Source: Podarcis erhardii
Taxonomy: Eukaryota
Length of the DNA stretch: 64,000 nt
Reading direction: 5' to 3' (one strand)
Assembly: GCA_964252035.1 (NCBI GenBank)
Contig: OZ176201.1
The position numbers and the translations under genes were made by a program. This document shows, one piece after another, positions 51,156 through 63,138 of the stretch. Numbering within the stretch: the stretch's first letter is position 1; every line of letters starts with the position of its first letter. The notes under the pieces are model-generated. The model did not search any database, had not been told where the DNA came from, and saw only the letters and a program-made list of their open reading frames with translations.

Positions 51156-51984
51156 GAAGGATTCTTCTCTGACTGAGAATCTCATTTGGCAGGCAGATAT
51201 ATACATGGGTATAAAAAGGGGGGTCCAGTGGGACCAAAAGGCCATGAAATACAAGATGTACAGTCTGTGACATTTCTATGGCAGGATCAAATGTACACAA
51301 GATAAACACTTGGCAGTGACACTCTCTTCCTAGGTTTGCTATGCTAGCAAGCACATGAAGTGATGGAGAAAACGCCGGCCTTGCTTGAGACCTAAACAAA
51401 CTGAATCAAACCTGCAGATACATTCCAGCTCAGAAATTTCATAACGTTTTTGAAGATCGGGGATAAAAAGGAGGCAAATCAATGGAAGATGCAACCAATG
51501 AAACGAGATTAAACAGCTTAACATGTGATGCTGCATTTGTGTGGATAATATAAAGAAAATAAAACTGTAAGAGGAAGGACTTGCATACCATATGAAGGAC
51601 AGAGACAAGGATAAGCTTCGAAGGATTAAAGCCAATTAGTAGGCTAATAAAGAAACAGTCACTTAAAAACCATTATGAGATTATAAGGAGTAAGTGAGAT
51701 ATAGAAACTGCTTGAGAGGCTATAAAACAACTGAATTCAAATAAGACTGCAAATCAGAGAGTGTTTGGTTGGCATATGTGCCATTTAACTCCATGGGTTT
51801 TACAGTGCAGGTCTATGCCTGTTTACTCAGAGGTAAGGCTAATTGAGTTAAATGGGTAAGAGTGCATAGTGTTAAGCTTTTTACAGAGCAATCCTTCCCA
51901 CCTGAGGTTGTAGAAATCCATGGTGGACCCACTGCCATATTCAGAGCCCTGAGAGCTCACCATAAGTAGGGCAAGAGGCAGTGT

Positions 51985-52180
51985 TTTCCTTTCCACTCCA
52001 GTGTTGGAGGCAGTATGCCCCTAAATACCAGTTGCTGGGATTCTCAAGTGGACAGAGTGTTCTTCTACTCATATCCTGCTTTTGGGCTTCCCAAAGGCAT
52101 CTGGTTGGCCACTGTGAGGACAGGAAGCTGGACTAGATGAACCATTGGCCTGATGCAACATGGTTTTTCGTATGTTCTTA
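51985..52180 (+). mobile_element. CR1 3' UTR
   Basis: AGGCATCTGGTTGGCCACTGTGAGGACAGGAAGCTGGACTAGATG...ATGTTCTTA. Confidence 0.8.
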
Positions 52181-52716
52181 GGAAACAATGTACACAATGT
52201 ATCTAAGCACATGGGATTATAGGTGGCACTCAGTACCTTCAAGCCCAGTTTCATCCATGTACTTCTCATTATCTCCTTCAAGGAGAACAAAGTTAAACAC
52301 AAGGCTTTCTACCAAATTGGCCATATATTTATTTCGGCAGGTTTGAGAATTTTATGTTTCCTATTGTTTAAATAGCAATATAAGGAAAAATAAATTCTTG
52401 GAGATGTACTTACTAAAGTTACCACAAAGCTCCAGGATCAAGTCAAATCAAACCAAGACTGGGGTTTGCCAAAAAATGATGTCCTTAGAGGACAAGCTTG
52501 AATCTCTGGTTGTTCAAATTGCAGTATGTAATTGTAAAAAAATGGTTCTCCCCCACCCCCTTTTGGCTAGTGTATTTTCAGGATAATACCCTATTATAAA
52601 ACACCCCCTGTTGTGACCCTTGGAAGCTGTCTCATACCTGGTCAGACTTCCCATCTCAGGCGGAGATCTTTCTGATCATCTCCTACCTGATCATTTGTAC
52701 TGGTGATGCTATAGAT

Positions 52717-52854
52717 CAGCGGTTCTCAACCTGTGGGTCCCCAGATGTTGTTGGACTACAACTCCCATCATCCCTAGCTAGCAAGGCCAGAGCTTAGGGA
52801 TGATGGGAGTTGTAGTCCAACAACATCTGGGGACCCACAGATTGAGAACCGCTG
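52717..52854. mobile_element. Palindromic hAT MITE, young
   Basis: ~60-bp arms with one mismatch; TSD CTATAGAT / CTAAAGAT. Confidence 0.92.
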
Positions 52855-54827
52855 CTAAAGATTAAAGCTGAATTTCCTGTCTGCAAGTGCCCTGCCATTG
52901 AACTAATGCTTAATAAGGTATGCAGCAATCGGGCGGTTAACCCCCAGCAATGATTCTTAAGTGTAAGTGTACAAACTTAACACCTCACATGAAAAGGAGC
53001 CCAAAACTCCTATCACACCTGCTAGACAACTCTCTTGGGGGACGCTATCCATTAACTCCTAGTGCTGAATTTCTTTCTCCAGCAGGGGAGCTCCTCTCTC
53101 AGCTTTCCTAGTTCTCAATCTGCCTTTACTTGTGCCATGATTCACCACATTCTAATGTCTGAGGTCATGTGTACTTACTCCAAGTTCTGTTCAGGAAAGC
53201 TCTCCAAGCTCTCACTGTCAATCTTAGAACACACTGTCCTGCAAAACTCATTTTCCTGTGCTACAGGTTACTTCATAACCTTGCTCTCTAAAGCTTTCTC
53301 TTTCTTGCTTTCTGCTTCATATACTCTTTTGATCATATGACCCAGCCTTCTAAAAGTTTTTTGGGGGGGTTCATATTTTACCTTCCATGTTCACCCTGTC
53401 CCTCAAAATTCACTCCTACTTGGACCTTGATCCTGCTGTCTTGGCTACATTTTCCAGCAGTCCCCATCATCTGCTTGACCTTGTGGATAAATTGCCATCT
53501 CAGTGTGACCCTCTGTTTCTGATAGACTACTTAGAACACCAAGTATACCCAAGGTACCACTAATAGCACGCTCCAAAACATCTGCTCCCCATCATGATTT
53601 GCTAGATTCAGTGACCTGATTCTGAAGACACAGTTGATGGGTCAGTTGCTGACAAAAGTTGATTCATATGATGCCAAAGAAACTTCCAAGTTCTTTCAAA
53701 AACCCTCCAGTAGTCTTGGGTTGGTAAATATAAGACTTGGGTGGCATTCCTGGCAATCAATACTATTCATGGCACAAGAATCATAAGCTGTGGTTTATGT
53801 TTATTTTACTTCTTGCCTATTCAGAGTAAAATCGGATAAATATTTTATCATGAACATCATATAGTAGTGGACACCAGATTTCTATAATTAGAAATAAGCT
53901 TCAGAATAGATTAAGACGCAAATTGCTTCTCACTCTGCTTCTCAGTATCTTTTGCAATACAACATCAGTTTTATTGGTATGGTGAAATCCTATTTCATTA
54001 CAACTTATATTGTTTTCGTATCCATTTTATAGCTTCCTGCAAAGAATCCTAGGAAATTTAGTTTGGTAAAGTGTTGCAGATACCCAATTAAGGATACTAT
54101 ATTCCTAGGGCAACCCTGGAAAAGAATAATGGTGTGTGAGTTTGTGTGTCCTACTGTGGAATAGAGGATTAGTAAATATCTGTGATTAGTCTCTCTCCCT
54201 GTCATTAAAAGCCAGAAAAGGCAGCAGAACTAAATCCAAGTAGCTTCATAATTCTATTTGCTAAAATATCAAATTCCACCAAAAAAGATTAGCTAGTTAA
54301 ATAGAATAGCCTCTTCCCCAGAATATTCATTGTTCCTTGAGATCACAGACACATACACGCTTCAGAACCATAGCCCATCTCTGTAGACAGTATTGTGCTA
54401 GAGTAGCCAATAGCCTGATTCAGTTTAAGCAGCTTCCTGTGTTCCTCTTTGCACACATGGTGGGGACCTGGCAGCTGGGGAAGAAGCAGCATATAAAAAC
54501 CAAGGTATGGAAGAGAGCTATCTATGGAAATTCCAGGGAAATATACACATTATAGAAAAAAGTTTTTTGTGAGGATCATTTGTTTTAGTTATTTATCCCC
54601 CCCCCGTCTTCCCTTCTTTCACCCACCCGCTCACCCCATTTACACTTTCCTGATTGTTTGTTTGTTTGTTTGTTTATCTCTTGCTTTGTTGTGTCCATCA
54701 AGGTACGAAAGGTGACAGAAGGGGTAAAAGATAGCAAAAATAATAATCCCTATTTGGTGTTTGGAAGGAACTTGTACAGAAGGTTTAAAATTGCAATCAC
54801 TATCACACTCATTTCAATCTCCTAAAC

Positions 54828-55062
54828 AGGACAGTATCCAACAAAATAGTTGTGCTAGCACAATGACGTTTAGAGGTGCATTGTAACTTCCTTGACCTCT
54901 CCTCTTCCTGGGCACCCCCATGCCACCTGAATCTTTTCCAGTGGGTTTGGAGAGCTCCAGGCATGGATTTAGAGGAGGAATGGAAGGACACAGAGAGAGG
55001 AAAGACCTTGCATAGCGGAAAGCCATTGCACTGACACAACTATTTAGTTGAACGCAATCCAA
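54828..55062. mobile_element. Non-autonomous DNA element with long imperfect TIRs
   Basis: Left end GGACAGTATCCAACAAAATAGTTGTGCTAGCACAATG versus reverse complement of the right end GGATTGCGTTCAACTAAATAGTTGTGTCAGTGCAATG. Confidence 0.6.
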
Positions 55063-55104
55063 TAGCCTTGTTTAAATGTTCAACAACATAGAGTCATAGA
55101 GTTG

Positions 55105-55517
55105 TGCATTTCTGAGCACAATTCAAAGTGTTGGTGCTGACCTTTAAAGCCCTAAACAGCCTTGGCCCAGTATACCTGAAGGAGCGCTTCCACCCCCATC
55201 GTTCAGCCCAGACACTGAGGTCCAGTGCCAAGGGCCTTCTGGCGGTTCCCTCACTACAAGAAGTGAGGTTACAGGGAACCAGGAAGAGGGCCTTCTCAGT
55301 AGTGGCACCCACCCTGTGAAACGCCCTCCCATCAGATGTCAAGGAAATAAACAACTATCTGACTTTTAGGAGATATCTGAAGGCAGCCCTGTTTAGGGAA
55401 GCTTTTAATGTTTGATGTTTTAGCGTGCATTTAATATTCTGTTGGGAGCCTCTCAGAGTGCCTGGGGAAACCCAGCCAGATGGGTGGGGTATAAATAATA
55501 AATTATTATTATTATTG
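55105..55517 (+). mobile_element. L2 3' fragment
   Basis: ORF 55128-55319 LVLTFKALNSLGPVYLKER, 3' UTR and (ATT)n tail; 8-bp TSD TAGAGTTG at 55097-55104 and 55518-55525. Confidence 0.9.
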
Positions 55518-55646
55518 TAGAGTTGGAAGGGGTCCTGAGGATCATTTAGTCCAACCCCCTGCAATGTAGTAATATGCCGTTCCCCATACTGGGATCAAAC
55601 CTGTAACCTCGGCATTATCAATTGCTTTAACCAACTGAGCTAGCCA
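55518..55646 (-). mobile_element. tRNA-head SINE with CR1-type tail, interrupted by the L2; tail remainder at 55086-55104
   Basis: Minus strand GGCTAGCTCAGTTGG...GGTTTGATCCC head; TAGAGTTGGAAGGG...GTCCAACCCC CR1-like 3' end. Confidence 0.7.
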
Positions 55647-57780
55647 TGTGACTGTAATGAGAGAAAACATGGCTGTAACCACTGACTACACTTCTGCCAT
55701 AGCATCCCCACTGTCTAACTGCTGGGAACAAATATATGCAGCAGGGAGCTTGCTCTCTGCACAGATTGCACAGGGTTCTTCATCACTGGGGGAGGCAATC
55801 TGCAGAGGGTGCCTACTATAGCTACTTAAAATTATTTACATGGGTTGACAAGTATGTGCTAAAATTAATAAAATGCGCAATTTAAAAGTGGGTTTTATAT
55901 TTCATTCCCCACCAGAACTAGCAGAGCTGTTTTGTTCTAGCCTTTGCATGCAAGGCTTGTTTGAGAAGGAAAAGGAGAAGAAAGGGGAGGAATGGGGAAG
56001 CCGTCAAAAAGAAGCATTAGGCTTACACATTCAGTGTGCAGCCTGTGGCCGGCCTTGCGCACGAGCACACGCAAGCACATGTGCATGTGCGCACAATCAT
56101 CTTGCATTTAGGTGAAAATGATTTTTCCAAAATAAAGGATAAAATACACTCATGGATTAAGTATATTCTGAACCTATTTTCATCAAAAGTAAATGAAAAA
56201 CAAATGCTTAATTTGTGAGATATGAAACTCCTGCTTGTTTCAACTCCATGCCTGACCTTGAGGAGGCAAGGATTACAGTCATCTCTCTATCTCTCTCTCC
56301 TTTTGTACTGATGGGGAATGAAACTGTGTTGCAGCATAGACACCCAGAGGACAGAAGCCACAACTACCACTCTATCTCAACAAGGAAGCTATTCTTGTAA
56401 TAGATCATTTGTACGCTTAACATGTTTTATGCACAAACCCAGAAATGTAACATAGGACTATGATAAATATGCATTTTCTAATGCACATATCATGCAGGTA
56501 TGTTCATCTGGGAACTGTGACTATATTGCATCTTTCTCTTGAATGCACAGTTGATGATGCATAGTGTGTGAAATAGTCGGAAATAAACAGATTTGTGCAC
56601 CCTTGTGTGTCACTTTGCAACATAGGAGCATTCATATTCATTATGAAGCTTTCTGTAAAAAAAATTATGGAATTCAAAATCAGATTGGCAGGATTTGACA
56701 TTCAGATCAAAACTGTGAACAGCAGAATGACATGAGCCTGCTTCCATCAAAATTAGAGGAAATTCCTGACAGATCTGAGAACATTAATTAAATCCCATCG
56801 ATGAATAGACAAAAAAAAAAAAAAAACCTAAACATGTAGTTGTTCACAAAGGATCCCACAGATCAGTCTACGTGTCATGTTAAGTCTCCAGGTGACTGCA
56901 ACAGCTGGTGGACTGCAGTCACTCAGCCTCTTACCCACATTCCTTGTGAGATCTGGCTTTCTCTTGGACTCAGAGAAATGCTAGAAAGTTGGAAGACAGT
57001 TGAGAGAAATGCTAGAAAGTTGGAATTGCTAGCTGCTGCAGTCATCCAAAGGCTTTTTAAAATAGCATATGGATTCATTTTGGGGTTGCTAATAACATGT
57101 TTGGGGTAAAAGACAAATTTGAACAAATAATCATTAAATAATTTGCCTTCATTTCCAAGATTTATTTAGTCAGTTTTTGTTCTTGTTCTTAGAACTACCA
57201 TCCTTCTTTTTCAGACCCCAGGGCGGGTTGCAGCAACAGAACACTTGAAAGAATCAACATAAAACACAGTATGATGTTGTTTTTCCAGAAGTGGGGATGA
57301 ATCTGTGCGTACATCTAAGAGTACTGACTGCTGCATTCACAAAGACAAAGATTGCGCCACACACACACACACCCTAACCATGGGTGGTGGGTGGGATGAC
57401 ACAGAATCTTTTCAAGAGAGTGAAATATTGCTCAGCCTTTCAGTTGTGGAAGCAACACATCCCCTCAGCCTCTTTCCCAAATGTGCACTGGATTAGCATG
57501 AATCTTCTAACATGCTAACTTGGGTCAAGATAAAACACCCCATGCAATTAGCCCCATGCACTCAAAGGGACCAGGGTTTCTCAAACAGCATTCAGTATAG
57601 CGTGCCATATATCGTTATTTATGCCTTAGCATTTCAGAATCTTTGTTTTTTCCCCCAAATGGCTTGGGTGCTGCAAATATTATGCTAGGCATGTGGAAAT
57701 TCCTGGATGCACTTAAAGTAGTGCTTTGGATCACATCATCATCACATGTATATTCTGCATGTCCTCTGTGGAGATCAATA

Positions 57781-58010
57781 CAGTCGTACCTTGGATCTCA
57801 AATGCCTTGGCTCCTGAACAAATCGGCTCCAGAACGATCAAAACCCGGAAATGAGTGTTCCAGTTTTTGAACAATTTTTGGAAGCCAAATGTCTGGCATG
57901 GCTCCCGTGGCTTCCGATTGGCTGCTGGATGCTCCTGCAGCCAATCAGAAGCCACACCTTGGTTTTTAAACTCCCGGAACACATTCTGTTCAAGAACCAA
58001 GGTACGACTG
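57781..58010. mobile_element. Tigger/mariner-like MITE
   Basis: Perfect 14-bp TIRs CAGTCGTACCTTGG / CCAAGGTACGACTG; TA TSD. Confidence 0.92.
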
Positions 58011-58024
58011 TATAGCCTATATGG

Positions 58025-58135
58025 GCTTCTCCCATTTGATCCCTGTGATGTAATTGAGGTTGAGGGAGACTGACTGGCCCAAGGTCATCCAGTGAGTTGT
58101 ATAGGTGAACAAGGATTCAAGCCAAAGTCTTGCCA
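58025..58135 (-). mobile_element. Old SINE fragment
   Basis: GACTGGCCCAAGGTCATCCAGTGAG is the reverse complement of the core at 26145-26170. Confidence 0.65.
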
Positions 58136-58299
58136 ATCTGCTCCTTTTTCTTCATAACATTCTTCCTTCTTCTGCTACTGCTGCTCTCTCTCATTCACAC
58201 TCACACAGGAAGTGCTTGTAAGCTTTACAATTAGTGGTGCAATGGGTCAGTCCACCTGGCTATTAACCAGTGGTGGTTGTGGGCAGGGACGACTGTGGG

Positions 58300-58372
58300 C
58301 AGGATTCCTGCAATGTATTGGTTAGATTACATGACCCTCTGGGTCTCTTCTAAATTCTGTGATTCTGTGATC
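58300..58372 (+). mobile_element. CR1-type 3' end
   Basis: Ends TTCTAAATTCTGTGATTCTGTGAT, a CR1 (GATTCT)-type tail. Confidence 0.55.
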
Positions 58373-59126
58373 CAAATTAAAAAATATATGATAATTTGTT
58401 ACCGCCAAATTATAGCTCTACATGAAGGCACTGAAGAAAAGGAGAACCACTCATCGGAAGCCCACCAGGGTCCCAAAAACAAACTGGAAGGGAAATTTAT
58501 GTGGTAAGCCTCTGGCTCTTATGGCAGTGGAATCTTTCACAGTGCTCTGAAGACCATTTGGGATAATTTTATCTGTAAATCTAAAGCCATAAAACATAGT
58601 TTAGTTCTATAAAAGTGATTTGTTCACTTAAATAAAGAGAACAGCAAAAGCCATCAACTGAACATGAAATGTTTTCTGGAATGAATCAATACAGTTTCTC
58701 AAACAGGGAGAAATGTATTGTGTGAGGCATACCAGTATTGTGAATGTTCAAAGCACAACACAATGTTGTAATCATAAATTAATTTAGGGCGTACAATTCT
58801 AAAAAGAAAAAGAAAGCTGATGATGCAAACACCTCTTCCATTATATTAAACAGGCTTACCTTCCTCCAGTCACATTCAAGTTAATGTTGGATTTGTTTAT
58901 CCAACTGAAAACTTCATATCATTATAATCAAGTCATTATGGGAGCAATTCAACGCAATGCTAAGGAGATTGTTCCATCAGCACAAACATTTCTTCTTGCC
59001 TCATGGAATGATCTCCCCTCTCCTCCCCCTGTGCCCTGTTCTGGGGATTCTCCTACCCCCCCCCCCCCAGCCCATTTGGATGGCATGAGGGCATGCAGGG
59101 GACAAGAGAAGGAGAACCTATTGTGC

Positions 59127-59880
59127 TAGTGGAAATATTTGTGGTTCGAGGACCCGACCACCGCGACGTGAAAAGAAGACACAGGGACACGTGATATAAG
59201 GTTAATGGGCTAGAAAAGGCCACAACTTTATTGATTACAGCAATGAAAAGGTATTGGCTTAGGCATTGGATCGCGAAACAAGTGGGTTTATTCACCAGGG
59301 GTTCATCACCTGTTGATGCTAATCCAACTATAGGCTCACCCCTGCTGTCACCGAGGGTCGTGCCATGGCCTCCCGCCAAGCAGGCATCGGACAGAATACA
59401 CGACCGTCAGATTCCTTTAACGGAATACCCCTAAACATTGAAGGCATAGGCGATGGCCACACCTAGCACTTCGACACACCACAGCACATTATTCCAATGC
59501 CTAACCTACCCACCAATACCACAAAAGTTGTGACGATTGCTACGAGGTAGGCGAAAAAACCAAAAAGCCTAATGCCAAATGGAAAAACTCCTACCAGGCC
59601 CCCCGTGCAACCGGGGCGACCAACCTAAGGTCCATAGCAAGGCCAATGACCTAAGCCCTAACTCAATGGGAGTGGAGGGTGGGTGACTCGCACAGGACGA
59701 TGAAGAGAAATGAGGCCGGGGAGAGGCTGACGCTGCAGCATCAAGGCTGCTGGACACGCCCCCCCACGGCACCTGGTTGGACGGCCACCGGGGGGCGTGA
59801 GCGCCAGCCAGGTGAGCTGGAGGCAGGGGGCTACGCCCCCTGCTAGGGGCGGTGTTCAGGCTCCCGCCCACAACCACTCC
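59127..59880 (-). mobile_element. GC-rich LTR-like repeat (solo LTR or DIRS/Ngaro-type terminal repeat)
   Basis: CpG-rich block with TGTGG (59140) and CCACA (59872) inverted ends. The minus strand has AATAAAGTTGTGGCC near its 3' end. A homologous copy lies at 63745-64000. No TSD seen. Confidence 0.55.
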
Positions 59881-61630
59881 CCTCTCTTTCAGGGAGGAGA
59901 GTCTTTGTGCAGGGCTCAGTTAGCAGGACATGTTAGTTGATTCCAGCCCTATATTGCTAAGTCCTCCTCACTTCTCTGAGTGATAAGAAGTTTCAGGCAG
60001 GTAGTTTCTACCCATGTTAGTTTCCTGTGGAAGGAGGTCAACGGAGACTTGTGGGGTCTTGTAATATTTCAGTTTATTTACATTTATACAGATTGCTCAT
60101 ATGTAGAGATAAGGGCAGATTAACCCTACAACAGCCAACCAAACCCACTGTGTCACATCGCTTCTCCGGTAAGAGACACCCATTATGTTCTTAAAGAATT
60201 CTTTAAAACTCAGCTCTCTCATGTCTCTTCCTCTGTGTCCCACTCTACAAAAAGATGTATCTGACTATTATTAAGGGTGTTTCAACAGCCCTTCTGTCCC
60301 CATTGACTCACTAGTGTTCAAATTCCAATCTTATTTTGAGAGATACCAAGGCTATGAATGCCAATTAGATCTCTAAATTGGCCAAGCCTGGCACAGACTG
60401 CCATACCTTTATGGATGGGATGCCAAAGGCAGCTTACTGAAGGATCCAGAAAGTTGGATTCCATTTCCAAGCATTTTAAATTCTATTTTCAATTAAAGGT
60501 GATATGGTGTAACAGAGTGATGGTACAGACACAAGGTATTAGAAATGGTATATTTCTCAATGGCCAACACAAGTGCCCCTCAGTAGTTCTCCCTGGGCCA
60601 TATTTATGGTGCCAAAACGACAACCTCCAGGCTGAAGAGGGAGGAATCAGTAGGCTTCAGCGATTTGTAGAACTACAAAAATATATATATACTGAGGGGC
60701 AAAAACACTAAAAGGAATAAAACTCAGGAAGGACAAGGTGTGGCCCCAGGGGCCCCAGAATGCTGACTGAAGAAATGGGATAAACAGAAAACTGGGTAAG
60801 AGAAAACATGAAATGGACTATTGTGGAAGAAGGCATGGACTGGAACAATGAATAGGAGCACTCCACACTACAAGAATTTGTTGCATGTCCCACTTATCAC
60901 TACTGGTTTCACTGTCTCTAAAGCCAATTCAAAGGATTTGAATGCTGAGCATCTAAGCAGATATCCACGAGTATAATTAATCCTTTCACCGATAATAAAC
61001 TGAAGTATTTATAAACTAAATTTACTTTGCTTTGTAGAAAACTTATTTCTTTATTTGCTTCTTCGCTATGGTGTCATATGTAATTATGTCTTACAGCCGG
61101 GAAGAAAGACATTCCTGGGTCATTCAGGTACATTTTTTATTATGAACTAACCAGAAATTAGGTCTCAAATAAGAGGCTGCCTTCTATAGAAAGGTGTTTA
61201 TAGACATGCTTATTATATAAATTATCACGTGTCAAATCTAAATAGTCTTAAATCTTATTAAAATAAGCATGCAATGTGGCAAAGTAAATTATAGCCCAGA
61301 TGGATTGTGCTGTCAGTTTAATGTCAGTGTCATTAGAATGCATCGGTGTTTGATATATTTTCTGAACTTTTAATAACTATATTTGTAATCAACTTGTGGC
61401 AGTCCACAGCAAAATATAATGTCCCAAAAAAGAAAAGGAAAGAAAAGAAATAACAGCCACAACACAAGTACATGCAGGTATTTCTTCTTATGGAGAAATA
61501 GTGAGAGGTTTATATGTACATGAGTCTCTGGAATGCAGATCATGAACACATGTGCAAACTTTCATTTACATTGAAGTAATAAGGGCAACTCTGCGTTAAA
61601 GTTCAGATAGGTAGTCACGTTGGTCTGACA

Positions 61631-61671
<41 letters not shown>

Positions 61672-61748
61672 CTTTCGTAGATTTTCACGGGTACAGGAAT
61701 GCAGGTTTTGGTGTCCTCGGGTGTCTTCCCGTGTAAAAGTTGGGGTGT

Positions 61749-61793
61749 CTAGGCGACGTTTCGACGAGGTCTCACTCGTCATCTTCAGGCTGG
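61749..61793 (-). ncRNA. Minimal hammerhead ribozyme motif (mirror copy)
   Basis: Reverse complement of 62871-62915. Confidence 0.6.
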
Positions 61794-62870
61794 TGCTTTC
61801 GGCTTCTTGTTACTGGAACAGAGCAGGATCTCAGTGTTTGAGTTCCTATAAATACTGTAGAGGGGGTGTGGTGTATAGCCTCCAATGTTCTGGGCAGAGA
61901 GGAAGTTCCCAGGCTAGTGTGCCTTTTCTTCTTTTGTTCCTTAATTACTTGAGAGATATCTTGAGTGATTTCTTGAGTGATATCCTGAGTACCACTTAGG
62001 TGGGTCATTAGGTGTGGATTAGTTGTTAAAGTCTTTGTGTCTTGACCTCTTGAACTTTGTGAAGAGTTTTCCTGAGAAGATGGCTGTACTGTACTTAGTT
62101 GTGCTCTGGCTTGGCTTCGTGTATAGGGGCGAGCTGTGGTTTTGTGGCTTGTGTCAGCCAGGTCTGTGTAGGGATTGCAGGGGGGTGCAGCATCCGGAGG
62201 TGCCACCATGGATTGGCTACTGGATGGTGTCTGTAATTCATCTGTGGAGAGGGTCTGGGTTTGGGTCTGGTGTGGTTGATTGGTGTTGGCGTTCTGTGTG
62301 CCTCTGGATCTGGTGTCAGTTCTGTGTGCCTCTGGATCTGGTGTCTGACACCAGATCCAGAGGCACACAGAACGCCAACACCAATCAACCACACCAGACC
62401 CAAACCCAGACCCTCTCCACAGATGAATTACAGACACCATCCAGTAGCCAATCCATGGTGGCACCTCCGGATGCTGCACCCCCCTGCAATCCCTACACAG
62501 ACCTGGCTGACACAAGCCACAAAACCACAGCTCGCCCCTATACACGAAGCCAAGCCAGAGCACAACTAAGTACAGTACAGCCATCTTCTCAGGAAAACTC
62601 TTCACAAAGTTCAAGAGGTCAAGACACAAAGACTTTAACAACTAATCCACACCTAATGACCCACCTAAGTGGTACTCAGGATATCACTCAAGAAATCACT
62701 CAAGATATCTCTCAAGTAATTAAGGAACAAAAGAAGAAAAGGCACACTAGCCTGGGAACTTCCTCTCTGCCCAGAACATTGGAGGCTATACACCACACCC
62801 CCTCTACAGTATTTATAGGAACTCAAACACTGAGATCCTGCTCTGTTCCAGTAACAAGAAGCCGAAAGCA

Positions 62871-62915
62871 CCAGCCTGAAGATGACGAGTGAGACCTCGT
62901 CGAAACGTCGCCTAG
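62871..62915 (+). ncRNA. Minimal hammerhead ribozyme motif
   Basis: CTGAAGA 62876-62882, stem II GACGAG/CTCGTC, GAAA 62902-62905, loopless palindromic stem III ACGT, GUC site after 62909. Stem I is weak (2 bp plus bulged pairs). Confidence 0.6.
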
Positions 62916-62960
62916 ACACCCCAACTTTTACACGGGAAGACACCCGAGGACACCAAAACC

Positions 62961-63019
<59 letters not shown>

Positions 63020-63100
63020 CAGTGTGTGTGTGTGTGTGTGTGTCCAGTAGCACCTTAGAGACCAACTAAGTTTGTTGTTGGTATAAGCTTTCGTGTGCAT

Positions 63101-63138
63101 GTATCTGAAGAAGTGTGCATGCACACGAAAGCTTATAC
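63101..63138 (+). ncRNA. Minimal type I hammerhead ribozyme motif
   Basis: GTAT-CTGAAGA-A-GTGTGCATGCACAC-GAAA-GCTT-ATAC, with a CUU triplet. Confidence 0.72.

Larger units (their letters stand above)
61669..62965. mobile_element. Penelope-like element 3' fragment inserted as a long inverted repeat into (TA)n
   Basis: Arms 61699-62319 and 62345-62965 are reverse complements. The left copy has 30 extra terminal nt (61669-61698). Each arm carries an HHR motif and an open S/T/Q-rich frame of ~181 codons ending RKHQPEDDE*. No RT or GIY-YIG domain is present, so the class call rests on the HHR and the architecture. Confidence 0.75.

Noticed and set aside
56972-57025. 23-bp direct repeat with an 8-nt spacer
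   Set aside because: It is most simply a small tandem duplication with no associated element ends. Similar trivial duplications occur at 3815-3846, 4570-4610 and 43370-43418.
59823-59850. Helitron 3' end (hairpin plus CTAG)
   Set aside because: CTAG overlaps the hairpin instead of lying ~10 nt downstream, and the repeat continues past it.
61772-62892. Two 289-aa ORFs as host genes
   Set aside because: They are mirror images created by the palindrome. The first ~108 codons are antisense read-through, and the rest is a low-complexity TE tail with no recognisable domain.
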